A DNA stretch of 63,781 nucleotides, filler included, from Elsinoe ampelina (GCA_010093995.1; 4 parts of 4 records of this genome joined end to end with filler, not necessarily neighbours in it), one strand, 5' to 3'; positions 48,878-62,052 are shown, counted from the first letter of the whole stretch. The notes: generated by a model from the letters alone, not told the origin. Numbers and translations are program-made.

Positions 48878-51800
48878 AGCTTCTAATTAGCTCTAGAAAG
48901 AACTAGCTTTATAGCTTACCTATAGCCTTTATAGCCTTTATAGCTTTTATAGAGCTTTTTACTAGTAAGAGATAGATATACCTAGTAGCCCTTTATACTA
49001 ATAAGCCTAGTAGCCTTTATAGTAATATATATAGCTCTATTTAGCCTATAGATCTTATCTCTGCTACTTTAACTCTACTAAGAGGCCTTAAATAAAGACC
49101 TTTAGTAAATATAAGCCTTCTTAAGAACCTTAACTAACTATAACTTCTAGTTCTAATCTCCTAGCTCTTTTACAATTTTGCCTTTCTTCCTAAATAACTT
49201 TCTAAGCTTAGCGCTCCTAGTAACTATTATAGCTCCTAGAGCCTTATATACTAGGACTTCTATAACCTTTCTAGCTACTACTAGAGATAGAGTTACTAAC
49301 CTAAATACCTTAAGTAAGCTCTAAGTCTCTAATATATATCCTAATTTTACTAACACTTCTAGGCTATACCTAGGTTCTTATAACTCTTCTCTTTACCTAG
49401 TAGGTCTAGGCTAACCTTTAGGGACTTAATATAGCCTAGCGTAATTCTCTAGACACCTAGGTTAAACCTCTAGTTAATACTAATTTCTAGGTCTTTACTA
49501 GGACTAGTTCTAAGTTCTAGCTTAACTAGCCTATTAACCTAAGGACTCCTAGAACAACTATAAACCTTTCTAGATCTAATACTAACTACCTAGTTTCTCT
49601 ACTTATCTATAGTACTTCTAGGTATACTATCTACTTAGCTAGTTAGAAGTATACTTCCTATACTTAGAGAAATAGTAAATATAACTCTTATATTACTATA
49701 ACTACTCCTAATAGCACTATACTCCTAAGAGGCTTCTATACTAACTATAGCTTCTAGAATAATTACTATAGCTATAGCTTATCTAGTACGTGTTTCTAAG
49801 TTTCCTAATTAATTCTAACTAATATAAGTTCTAGACTACTAAAGAGCTTCTAGACACTTCTCTACTAACTCTACCTCTATATATCTTAGAGCTTCTAGAC
49901 CTATAAGACGCCTTAGAGGTCTCCTAACCGATAATAAGGCTACTAGGGGCTTCCTAATTAAGCTTCCTAACAACTCTAACTCTTCTAAGAACTAGCGTGC
50001 TCTAGATAATTTCCTAGCTCTTCTAAATAATATTAAGGCTTAGGTAACTACTCTAAGAGATAGAGGCTACCTAGTAGAGTAGGATAAGCTTCTAGATTTT
50101 ACTAAGTCTAGGCTTATCTTTAATAAGGCTTAGAGCTAGTTAGAATTATATATAGCCTTAGGGCAACTTTAGAGGATATTAGAATAGAGTAGCTAGCTCT
50201 TTTAGTTTTCTTAAGTATAGAGTAAGTAAGTAGCTTTCCTAGGGTTTAGATAGCTTAGTCTAAGTGTTCTAGATGTTATAATAGGCTAGTAAGCTCCTAG
50301 ATATTATAACTCTAGTTCTAAATTAGAAATCTTTACTAATAGTTTATTAAATTTCCTAGTGTTTCTATAATATATAAGTAATATAGTATCTTCCTAATAT
50401 ACCTAAACCTTCTAACCTTAGGTTAGAATTCTAAGCTTAGCTAAGAGTTAAAGCAATCTTAGAGTCTTTCTATAATTTATACCTAATATAATATTCTTCT
50501 AATTTGCTTAGACCTACTTACCTTAGGATTTTAAGCTAAGTATTTCTAACTATTAGAGTAGTTACTCTATACTACTAAGGTATTCTAATCTACCTAAGCC
50601 TACTATATATAGGGGCCTTATTATTAGCTAATATAAGTATAGTTACTATTTTACCTAATCTTATCTAATTAGTAAGAATTTCTCTAGTTAAGCTATCCTT
50701 ATATTCTTAGTTAAGTATAAAGCCTACTCTAACTCTAAAAAACTTAAACTATATTTTTTTAATTTATATCTAGTATAGTAGCTTTCTAATTTATCTAGGC
50801 CTACTAACCTTAGAGCCTAAACCCTAAGTCCTCTACGTCTTAGTCTACTAAACATCTAAGATCTACTATCCCTTAGAACCTTAGAAGAGTAGTCTAGGGC
50901 TTTAGAGGTTCTCTAATAAAGGTTAAGTCTCTATATAGAATACTAAGCTTTATATAAAAGGTACTACTATTTAATACTTCCTAGATCTATTTAGTTTACT
51001 CCTATCTACTATAGTATCTTAGTAAGAACTATAGGTCTCCCTTTAGGTTTTCTATCCTTACCTAGTAGAAGAAATACTCTTTAAGTACTTCTAGCAGTTT
51101 AAAGTAATTATCTATATAAATTATAGATTTACTATAGTCCTTAATTAGATTACTTTCTACTTAAAGAAGTATTACTCTTCCCTAGTAAAGGATAGATAGT
51201 AGAACATTATTAGCATAATAAAAAATATACCAAATTTAGTAAGGAAGAAATTAAATATCTAGTACCTCTACCCTATAGTAGAAGTAATTCTAGAACTACC
51301 TATTTAAGGTCTAGGCTTTAAGTATATCTATAGGGATACTTAGGAAGGATAGTATAGCTATATTACTTAGTATATTAAGGTTATATAATAGTACTATAGC
51401 TAGAAGTATAACTAGAAGAGTAATAAGTCTAGGGGAGAAAGTAAGGCTTAGAGAATAAGACTAAGAAGTAATAAGATATAGGTTAGTAGCATCTAAAGCT
51501 AGAAGTTCTTTTAGGATAAAGCTTAGTAAAAGTCTTTTTAGGTTTAAGTTCTAGATATAGAAGTAGTATAGGAAAGACCTAAGGATAGAGTTAATATATA
51601 GTTAAGAATCTATTAGGATACTCTAAGTAGAAGGAATAACTAGAAGGTTATTTAAGGTCTAGGAAATAGATATAAGGTTAATCCCTAGCTAGAAATAACA
51701 GGTTAGATCTAGTATCTTATAGAATTTAAGTAGCTTTAGGTTCTATAGGCTATTACTTTCCCTAGTTAGAATTCTATTCTTTAGCTATATTAGCTCCCTA

Positions 51801-54736
51801 GAGCTAGAATATTCTATAGTTATAGAATAAAGCATAGAGTATACCTAATAATAGAGAAATAAGTAGAAGCTTAAGAACAAGTATAGGCTAAGAAAGATAG
51901 TTACTTTAGGTACTTTACTAATTAGGAGATATAGGAGAGAGATACTAGGCTACTAAGAGCTAGTAAGGCAACTAGTACACTTATTAGACTCTATATAAAA
52001 ACTACTAAGTAGTCTATAGTAGAAAATGCAGTTCTAGAGTTTATTAAAAGACTAAAGGTTAGCAGAAGTAAGGACTAGTAACTATTCTATTCTAAGTATA
52101 AAGTTAGTACTATTAGGAACTATACTAATATTTAAGTAAAGCTACTAAGGTTTATCTAGAGGACCTAGGACCTAGCTAAGAGAGATAGACTAGGATATAA
52201 GCTACTAACTACATAGAGGACATTTCTAATAAATATTATAGACTTAGTAAGATAAGATAATAGGAATAATAATATTAGGAGCTAACTAGTTAAGAGTCTT
52301 AGGCAATTCTAGCTATCTATATTCTAGTATAAGCTTAGTAATAATCATTATAAAAGTGCTCTAGTTAGTAGACTTACTATTCTTAGCTTAAATACTAAAG
52401 ATAGAAGCTAGGCTAGACCTAAGAACTTTAGCTTTACTATTATAGCTCTAGTAACTATTAGCAAGGCACTAGTAGTTAGATAAGCATAGAAGTAGAGGGA
52501 AGATAAGATAGATAACCTAGTTAAAGCTAAGAAGCTTAATAGGTCTAAGGCTAAGGAGATAGTACTAAAAATTCTTATAAGAGTATAGGAGATAGTCTAG
52601 AAGTTTATAGCTATTACTAGCTTCTATAGGCGACTAAATATAATAGACAAGCTAGTTAAGATACTTAAGTATAGTAGGGAAGTTAAAAACACTACTAAGA
52701 GTCTAGCTAGAATTACCTAGGAAGGTAAAGTAATTATAGTTAATAAGGTTAAGTTCTCTATACCTAACCTAAAGATAACTATTTATAGGTTACTAGTAAC
52801 TTACTAGAGGCGTATAAGAATTAACTTAATACATTTAGGAGAGAAAGATAAAAAGAGATAAGAATTACTATCTCTAAAGCTTAGAAACCTATAGGACTCT
52901 CTAGGAGAGATAAAGAAAAGCTTTAGCTTTCTTACTCTCTAGAGTAATTAATAGTCTATAGATAGGTTATTCTAGCTAGCTTAGAGGCTACTAAGGTATA
53001 TTAGTAGACCTTAAGGTAGTAAAGGCTTTCTCCTAAACTAGAATATAGTTAAGAAATAAGTCTCTTAGCTTAGGAAATTTAAGAAAGAACTATTTATCCT
53101 AGTATATCTTACTAGAGGCACTTCTACTAGAGGCACAGAGATAGTTAGTATTAAGTGCTAGAATAGCTCTAATAGAAGAATAGGTAGAGGAATATTCCTA
53201 GATAGAGGCCTAGTTAGCTTTATATTATTCTATTATAAGGTATTTAGGATTAAGAGTAAGGCAAGAATAGTATATAGATATATCTCTTAAGAAGTTAGCT
53301 AGTTAGTAGTATATTATCTCTAGCTTATAAAACCTTTTAGTAGGTAGCTAGATAGCTTCTAGAGAGGTAACTATAAGGATAGTAAGTATCTCTAGGAGCT
53401 AGAACCTAAGGCTAAGTAGAGTAATAAGGAGGTAGAAGATTATAGCTCTAGGTCTAATAGAGGAGAACTTATAGATATTACTAGTTAAGATAAAGAGGTA
53501 AGAGAGTTAGTAGAGACTTTACTACTAGAACTACTAGCTAGATAGCCTAAGAACCTTAATAGATTCTAGAGCACTAATAGAAGAAGAAAAGTACTTAGTA
53601 GAGAGACTTTTAGTTATATAGAGGCTAGAATTACTATAGTATTCTAGAGGCAAGTTTACTTTACTATCTAGAGGAACTATACTAGAGATATATCTACTAG
53701 AGCTGTCCTAGATAATCTATTTACCTATAAAGAGAAGGCTTAGGTAAAGGGCTTAATAGAAAAGAGTAAAGAACTATCCCTAAATATTAGAGAAGAGTAG
53801 TTAGGCTATAGTAAGTAAATAGAAGAGTTAGTATATAGAATTCTCTACTCTAAGTTTCCTAATAGTACCTTATTAGAAAGGGAAGACTTTAGGAAGGTTA
53901 GTATAGATTAGTATAAGTTCCTAAGCTTCTCTTCTATACTAGAAGATCCTATTAAAGGCTCTAAGGCTAGAAGACAAGAAGAACTTTAGCTTAAGGTAGA
54001 CTAGTTCCTTCGCTAAAAGAAGATTAGAGCTATCTAGCTTACCTAGGTACTATATTAACTCTATAGGCTAGGTACTATATTCTAGAGCCTATAGAAGAAA
54101 GCTCTAAAGGCTATTATTAAGAGAGAGTAAAGGCTTATAGTAATTATAGATATAGGAAAGAGAAAGAGCTTATTATTTATACTACTAGTAAAGGTAGTCT
54201 CTAGGGGCCTAATAGTAGTTATTATTTCTCTTATCTCTCTAAAGAATAATCTAAAGAGAAGGTATAATTAGTCTAGTATTAGGAGTACTAAATAGTCTAG
54301 TAAGAAGTATACCTTCTAGGTAGATATTATCTTTGTTATTCTAGAATTAGCTATTACTAAGGAATTCTAGAAGTTCTTAGAGTCTAGAAAGCTTATAGGT
54401 AAGGTAGATAGAATTATCCTTAACAAGTATTATATACTTCTAAACTCTCTTACTAGCTAGAGACTAAAGATACTAGAGCTAGTAAGTATAGTAGATAAAG
54501 AGATATAGCTAATCTTCCTTATAGCTATAATAAGGCTAAAGGATAAACTTAACTTACTTACTATTATAAATCTTAGAGAGGAAGATCTAAGAATTATAAG
54601 AGAAGAAACAAGTAAAAAGAACCTAAAGTATAAAGTATTAGAGTATAATAGATAGAATAAAGTAATAGAAGTTAGAAAAGTAGTTAAGTAAAAGCTAAGA
54701 GAGTATAAGCAAGGGAAGATTATTATCTATATTAGA
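48878..54736 (+). mobile_element. Second, truncated copy of the subtelomeric helicase element
   Basis: Reverse complement of 28443-34301. Coordinate sums at both ends equal 83179, so there is no net indel. The differences inspected are transitions. Confidence 0.9.
51074..54736 (+). pseudogene. TLH-like RecQ helicase ORF relic, truncated by telomere addition before motifs V and VI
   Basis: Motifs at 51110 (IC.DC), 53129 (ARGTE), 53231 (YHK), 53645 (WRQ), 53798 (QSGH), 54140 (Walker A) and 54422 (DECH) all start at positions congruent to 2 mod 3. Confidence 0.85.
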
Positions 54737-54737
54737 G

Positions 54738-54834
54738 GGTAGGGTTAGGGTTAGGGTTAGGGTTAGGGTTAGGGTTAGGGTTAGGGTTAGGGTTAGGGTT
54801 AGGGTTAGGGTTAGGGTTAGGGTTAGGGTTAGGG
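54738..54834 (+). repeat. Telomere (TTAGGG)n, right end of contig C
   Basis: About 16 TTAGGG units running to the contig end. Confidence 0.97.
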
Positions 54835-54934
54835 NNNNNNNNNNNNNNNNNNNNNNNNNNNNNNNNNNNNNNNNNNNNTTAATTAATTAANNNNNNNNNN
54901 NNNNNNNNNNNNNNNNNNNNNNNNNNNNNNNNNN
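54835..54934. other. Artificial contig spacer
   Basis: 44 N + TTAATTAATTAA + 44 N. Confidence 0.97.
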
Positions 54935-54979
54935 TCATGACGAGAAAAGGGTGCTCATGACGAGAAAAGGGTGCTCATG
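54935..54979. repeat. 20-bp tandem repeat TCATGACGAGAAAAGGGTGC, 2.25 copies, at contig start
   Basis: Exact tandem copies; the array may continue into unassembled sequence. Confidence 0.85.
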
Positions 54980-55812
54980 TCGTCGGAGAGTCGCAGTTGA
55001 TGCTGATGGAGCAATCGAGATACAGGACAGATTGGCAGAGTCTTCGAAGACGGACGACAGTCGACGACGTTGTTTGAACAAGACGAAGCAAACAGTTCTC
55101 GATGGGGAGTTTAGAGGTCTGAGGTTCCAACGTCAAGCAATACTGTGGGGAGGGGGAAGATCATCCTTTGGACCCAAGGACCTAGGGCCGTGGGCCTTTG
55201 GACTAGCCGAGCAGCAAGCAGACAGCAGCCAGCACATCGGCCCTCCTCATCACGGAGTCACAGGCCTCACGGGTACAGGTTCACAGGGCAGGTCGAGATC
55301 TGCTTGTCTGATTTTGCCTTTTCTCTGACCACATGGTCTACTTCTTCTCATCAACTGTCAGTCCGTTGCCTTTTTTTTCCCACACATCATCATGCACGTC
55401 TCAAACGTAGATTGCCTCATCTATTATTTTCCTTTCCTGGCCGGTGCTGATGCCCCTGCTTTCTTTGTTCTGCCCTGCATTCCTGACAGCGGCCCTCACG
55501 TTGTGATAGGCCTGTGAGCCTCGCGCGTGGTCGCCATGGCAGGACATACGGGTCAAAAGGTGAATCGTCCACAACGGTCAATCTTATCGTTCACTCATTT
55601 TTGGTCACTCCTTTCCAACGGAGTGGACATTGGAACCGGTTCATCTTCTCACCACGGGCCGACTTCAATTTCCCACATGTCAAACCCCATCGATTGAGGA
55701 GAAAGCACTGGCTCGTGCATGTTCATTGGAAGGGAGAGTACATTCATTTGCGTTCATGTGCTTCGTAGCTGGTATCTTTGTTGGTAATCAATGGCGCCTT
55801 CCCAATGTCTTA

Positions 55813-56764
55813 TTACTGTCCGTCCATAGCTCCTGCCGGCGCATCTCGTCCGAGCCATCCCGGAAATAGCTTTCGAAGTGCAGCATACTTGTCGTTTAAT
55901 GCTGGCATCTGTGGAGGTGCCCACATGAATTGTGGCGGTGGTGGAGGTCCTTTCTTCTGCGGTACCTGACCGGCATTTTGAGGGTTGAGTAGTTGCATCT
56001 CTGGCTGGTTGTACAAGTAGGTGATGTTGGACGACACGCGGTAATACACCCTGCTAAACTTAGTCGGACATTCGAGAGCGAGGCACGACATGACTGACTG
56101 AATATACTCATCAGAAGCAAGTTTGTCCGATCCACCTTGCGCCTTCAAAGCAGCGGCCTGTTGTGCATTTGGCGCACCACCTTTGCCCTCTGCCTGCAGC
56201 TTGCTCATCTCTTGCAGTAGCTCTAGATTAATCTCAAGCAGTATAGCTACTCTTTCCTTTTCCCGTGCCGCGTGCGCTGCAGATTGCGGGGAGGAAGGTT
56301 GCGATGTCGACGTGTTCGAGTTTGGACTCTGCTGGCGCACCGAAGCAGGCAAAGGCGGTGCTGCCATTGGGTACTTTTGAGGTGATGCACTGCCGGAGTG
56401 CGAAGGGGGTGTCAGTTGCTTGTTCGGTGACAGTACGGGGGCAGCAATGCCAGCTGTTCCTGCAGCAGAGGTATAAAGGTTTGATTGGTTCTGGACTGGC
56501 GCTGTGCATAAATCAGCTGCATGTCCTTGAGCCACTTTCGGTACGGCGGATGAACTCACCTATACTCCTCGGACTCTGGACCTTCGCCTGAACATTTCCA
56601 GGCACGTCATGTCGGTTGACCTGGTGGTGTGGTGGTGCGACGGGAGACTGGGGAGGAATGAATTGGTGCGACAAGGGTGAAGGAGCTGCGGCGTAGGGAG
56701 TCTGATGGTGGATCTCATACGGGTGTTGGAAAGAAGGTTGGTACAAGCTCTCGATTTGATTCAT
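55813..56764 (-). CDS. Pro/Gln-rich protein with an SSXT/SS18-like C-terminal domain (possible SWI/SNF-associated subunit); exons 56764-56560, 56501-56099, 56050-55813
   Basis: GT-AG introns join two ORFs. EKERVAILLEINLELLQE..KLQAEGK...EYIQ...RV..NI.YL resembles the SSXT pattern; the family call is from memory. Confidence 0.6.
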
Positions 56765-57565
56765 GGCTGGCTCGGTTGATTGGTACAGGGGCGAGAATAG
56801 GCGAGTGGGCGATAGTGGGATGCTGGGCCCTCGACAAGGTGTGTCGTGTGGCAGAGGGGGAATCAGCGGTCAGGGCGAGCTTAATCGGGGCTGATTTGCA
56901 GATCAGTGGCTTGCTGCCGTATTGGCGGCTACGAAATCGCGTGCCAGAATGGCTTTGATCCTGGGACACGGAGGGGTGGAACGCTGCACGACACACGAGG
57001 ATCTTTGGCGGTGCTGGCGACAGAATTTGCTTGGGGGAGGAGAAAGGTGACCTGAAAGCAAGTTCGGGTAATTCGTTCGCAAAAGCACGGCTCATCCACC
57101 GCGCTAACGCTACTAGTCGTCCGGATGGCGCCGATCTGAGGATCCACAACTGTCAATCATCTCATCACTTTGATAGGAGATTAATGGACATGTGACAGCC
57201 GTCTGGGGCCTCAAAAGGTAGTGTTGAGTCCTCTTCTGCATCACACACTTTCTTCTGTATCTCACTACACTTTCACCTCTAGTCATGGCTTGACCGGCCA
57301 AGTATGCACATTCCCAAGCCTCAAACGGCCATGTGGCATCCCTAATTAGGTACACTGTAATCTCAACGGTCAAAGGCAGCCCGGTCTCGATCCATAATGT
57401 GGGAGAGGCCGCGGATATCGACCCGGCGCAGGGCGCTGTTCGTCCAAACGACAGAGGATGTTCCCCTGATGTGCCGCGGGGCTATGGCCGCCAGTTTCGT
57501 CTGGCTTCTATTCATCCTCTGGTAATATCATTCCAACTACAGATGAGTCGGTATCCTACAGCGGA

Positions 57566-58800
57566 ATGGTCACGCCTATCGACTGGCTACCACTAGTAGT
57601 CGTCTACCTTATCCTCTCTACAGTGGCCGTTGGCTTGCGATCATGGATCCGTCTCAGAGTCACGAATTCTTGGGCTCAAGACGATGTCATGCTAGTAATG
57701 GCGCAAGCTGGCATGGTAGCACATTTCGGAATATATTTCGCAGTTTGTGCAATATATCCCCGGACAGGACTTGATGTTGACGAACAGACCTATTATAAGA
57801 TTAATACCGTGAGCACTGGTTGTCCAATCTCACTAGACGTGCTGACAACATACAGTTATGGTTCTGGGCAACATTCTGCTATGCTGGATCACAGGTCGCA
57901 CTCAAACTGTCCATGGGTCTCTTCTTTCTCACCTTGGCTCGAGTGAAGTGGCAAAGACTCATAATACTCATCCCTACTGGGATCTTTGTCGCATATAACA
58001 CGGCTCTTGGTATAATACTGGTCTTCCGCTGCGGCGCAAGTCCTGTCAGTCCTTTCATCGTCATGACTCGAAAGGAGTGCGCTGTCGATGGTCTCGCCTT
58101 TACGAAATTAATCGCGGCAAACGGCACCTTCACCGCTACTCTTGACTGGATCTTTGCAATTGTCCCCATTTTCATGGTGATCCAATCACGCTCGTTAGAT
58201 GCACGATCCCGCAAGGCGGTCTGGTTCTTGATCATGCTCGCCATGGCTGGCAGTGTCGTCTCTGTAATTCGCATACCATTTACCAAAGACTATCAATTTG
58301 GTCCTGAATGATGGCACAAATGTCTTCGAATATCGATAACTTCACTGACCGAGACAACAATAGGCACAATCGCCGTGTCGATGGCTGCAATGAAACCTAT
58401 CTTAAGACCATTCAGACGTTTCTGTCGGAAGCTATTCGTCTTGACCATCAGCACCGGCTCCAGTACCGAGAGAAATCGTCCATCGGATCAAGATCCCGAG
58501 GGACGTGCGGCAGAGGAGCCAGATGACACTGTGACGATAGAGTTAGACACCCGTGTCATGCGTGGGATTGGTTTGCTGCCGAACAGCACAGTCGATGGTG
58601 GCAATGATGATAGCTACGATAAGAGTACCAGTAGTAGCCGTCTTACTAAGGTGACGACGTCCATGTCCTTCAGCACAGAGGCAGGAAGTCCTCGGCGGGA
58701 GAGATTACTGTCAATCGATGAGGTGTCTCCAAGGGAAGAGGACGAAACCTCAATAGCCACCAGAGCTCAGGGAGGACGAAACGTGAATGAGAATATTTAG
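57566..58800 (+). pseudogene. Pth11-like (fungal rhodopsin-domain) integral membrane protein with one in-frame TGA at 58309-58311; exons 57566-57808, 57856-58800
   Basis: Motifs VAVGLRSWIR....W.QDD, LKLSMGLFFL, DWIFAIVPI, VSVIRI and SLTETTIGTIAVSMAAMKP. The frame is identical on both sides of the stop. Confidence 0.7.
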
Positions 58801-59834
58801 CGTAATGATGGAAATGGATGATAATGATAGCCAAAGCTCTTCCTTGTCTAATCACTAGCTCCATACCTCGGCCTTGTTCCCTCACACGACACTCGGCAAA
58901 GGTGCCCGACTTGTCATTCCTGTTGTGCCTTTATTCATGCTCATTCCAAGAGCAAACGGTAAACCAATGTGGGTCAGATATCGGCCTTCTCAAGGCAAAC
59001 GAGGCACGCAAGGCACGCAGTCATCCTAATGACAATCACGAGATGTGCTTCGCCTCACAAAGGAGAAACAGGCCGTCGATCATTTACCACACAAGGCAAG
59101 ACGCTAGAAGGCTTCCAGAAGGACGTTCTGAGATCATCACTCTCCCGGACAGCACCCACACTTACGCGGAGTTCAGGTTCCGATCCCGTGGACGTGCTGG
59201 GGCTTGGGCGTTCTGCCTTTTTTTTCTCATTCGCGCTGCATGTGTTGGACGGACGGGTAGCCCTGCCGTGTGAGCAGATCTCCTTCGATCAGCAGACCCA
59301 TGTTCCGATTCGCATCTGCGAGGTGATGGAACAGATTACACGTCCAAGACCGCACTCAAGACCCATGCCGTCCATGCCGAGCGTAGGCATTCGCATGCGA
59401 TCCAGGGTTGGTTCATGTCAGCCGTTGATATGCTTTTGCTGAGACGTAGCTGCATAGTATAGGGGTGAATGGAGACATGCCATTCAGTCATTTTAACTGC
59501 CGGCGCATACTGGGACAGCTGCACCTTGAGCTGAATCTGGAAAGGCGGAGCCGCGAGCTGGAGGGAACGCTTCAAGGGCATGTCGTCACAGCCTCGATAG
59601 GGCCGGCAAGAGTGGGTCCTTTGGCCGACAGGCGAGCGGGAAGGGTAAGCTTGACTGCGCAGCTAGTGCGCTTTTGGTTAGATCTTCGCTCCATTCCTCG
59701 GGCACACAAGGTCGTCTACATCATCTGAGGCAATAGATAAACAGAGCTTTAGTCCCTGAGATTCACTTTTATCCCATCAACGACACTTTCACATTCTCCG
59801 CACATATCGCTTCATCACATATCGAAAATAAATA

Positions 59835-60918
59835 ATGTCTGCTCTACCTCAACCACCCAGCCAGAGCAACGGCAACGGCAAGGCTTCCGTCAACGGCAAC
59901 AATATCACAGATGAACAGTCACTCGGGAACATGATCAAGGTCCAACCACCGAAGCGCAACGACCTCCAGCCATCGTACGCTCAAGTCATTACTCCAAGTA
60001 GCCAAGATGCTGCTGCCGACGGCTGGTATGGAGGCATGATAGACACTCTTGGATCTCTGGTCGGAACTCTAGGCGCAATCCCTTGCTGTATCGTCTGCCC
60101 GAACCCATACAAGCCTGTCACTCAAGGAAATGTCGGTCTGGTCACAAAGTTTGGTCGCTTCTCGCGCGCAGTCGATCCCGGTCTTGTCAAGATCAACCCT
60201 CTCAGTGAGAAGCTCTTCACAGTCGATGTAAAGATTCAGATCGTCGGTAAGTTGACGAGCGCGACTTGGTAGCGGAATACATTCTAATCCATTTGCAGAG
60301 GTGCCTCAACAGGTTGTCATGACCAAGGACAATGTCAACGTCCACATCACATCCGTCATTTACTACCACATCACCGCTCCCCACAAGGCCGCCTTCGGTA
60401 TCTCCAACATTCGCCAGGCACTCATCGAGCGTACCCAAACCACCCTCCGCCACGTCATCGGTGCCCGCGTCCTTCAGGATGTCATCGAGCGCCGCGAGGA
60501 GATCGCCGAGTCCATCCGCGAGATCATCGAAGACACCGCCGCCGGATGGGGTGTCCAAGTCGAATCCATGCTGATCAAGGACATCGTCTTCTCTCAGGAA
60601 CTTCAGGACTCTCTGTCCATGGCCGCACAGTCCAAGCGTACTGGTGAGGCCAAGGTCATCGCTGCCCGCGCCGAGGTCGAGTCTGCCAAGTTGATGCGCC
60701 AGGCTGCCGACATTCTTTCGTCTGCTCCTGCCATGCAGATCCGCTACCTCGAGGCAATGCAGGCCATGGCCAAGTCTTCCGGCAGCAAGATCATCTTCAT
60801 GCCTGGTCCTTCTGCCAACCCGACTGGTCAGACTAGTCTCCCGACCGTGCAGAACGGCAACAACGATCAGGATGCTATGCAGCAGGTCGTCAACTCGCGT
60901 GTCTTCGAGAACATGTAA
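59835..60918 (+). CDS. Stomatin-like SPFH/Band 7 protein; exons 59835-60246, 60299-60918
   Basis: Motifs QGNVGLVTKFGRF...PGL, MTKDNV, QTTLRHVIG, WGVQVES..IKD and AMQIRYLE. Confidence 0.93.
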
Positions 60919-61704
60919 GCGCGGAGTGAGAGGAACGCTGTGATGACGAAACTGGAGGAAAGATGTTAGGCGAAGGGCGGAGAGTTCTCCGACATGATAC
61001 CCGATTTCTTTGTCTTGGGTTTCTGCACGGTGCGGTCACACATCACATCACGATCTCATGAGGTTCGCGTCTTGGTTCTTATAGTCTGTCGTTAGTTGAT
61101 ACCCGCTCAATGGATGCTTCTTTTCACGAGTCATCATTCGAAAGCGTGTTCGGCAATGGCTGTGCTGGCCTGTCTGGACGCGTTGACGTTGCACGTGACA
61201 TGCCAAGATTGCGCCGCACTTCAACTTCTGCCGCATGATTGCATCTCCAAGCGTACATCACCCAACTGTTCAACGACGCATGATGGAAACATTCTCACAC
61301 GAGCGCTCACGCGACCCGGCCTCCAAGTCCACCTCTTGGGATAAGGTACTCATTCGCCTTGGCGTCCCTCGCTACCAATATATCTCACCTTGGCAACAAA
61401 CCTGGTAACTTGGTTAAGTTATAAAATCAGGATAAACAAGTCAAGGTGGCTGCCCAACCTCAACAAACCCCACTATTCACAAGCAATGCTCATACTGTAG
61501 TTACACCAAACCTCCTTCACCTCCGCTCCATGACACGATAGCAGCATGGAGGTGTAGGTAGCACGCACTCCGAGAAGAGCTGGTCCTGAAAACTTCGCCG
61601 CTCGACCACGACCTGGTCCCTCTCCAGTAACCTCTTCGCCGGTCCTGCCTTACGAAGCCAATGCTCAACGAGATCCAGAGATTCAGTCGCACAGAACCAA
61701 ACGC

Positions 61705-62052
61705 ATGGCATTCCTCTTCGCCTTCCTCCTCGAGCTACTTAGCTGGCTCACTGCCCCCGCCACCAACATACCGAACTTACATTACGTCGGTGGGACTATG
61801 GTCATGACCGGCTACTTCACCACGCGGGGAGTGTATCAGTTTCAAGAGATTAACAGGCGATGCTACGGTGACTGGCGCCATGCTCGCGTGGGAGGTCTTC
61901 ACTGCTCATATGCTGTGGCTCAGCAAGTGGGTTGGCATGCTTTCGCTGGCTCGGTCGGCGTGGCAGGTGGTGAGGTAGTGAGGTTGTGGATGGAGGAGGC
62001 CAAGGTGGACAGGCCCATCACGGGTATTGTTAAGTTAGGGAAAGAGCTGTGA
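61705..62052 (+). CDS. Possible small hypothetical protein, 115 aa
   Basis: ATG-initiated ORF with a hydrophobic N-terminus; no homology recognised. Confidence 0.3.
   Translation: MAFLFAFLLELLSWLTAPATNIPNLHYVGGTMVMTGYFTTRGVYQFQEINRRCYGDWRHARVGGLHCSYAVAQQVGWHAFAGSVGVAGGEVVRLWMEEAKVDRPITGIVKLGKEL

Noticed and set aside
28443..54736. Giant inverted repeat making 18286-54834 a linear mini-chromosome or plasmid with telomeres at both ends
   Set aside because: The two arms are on different contigs separated by an artificial spacer, and contig B ends in Copia sequence that does not continue into contig C. Only long reads could revive this idea.
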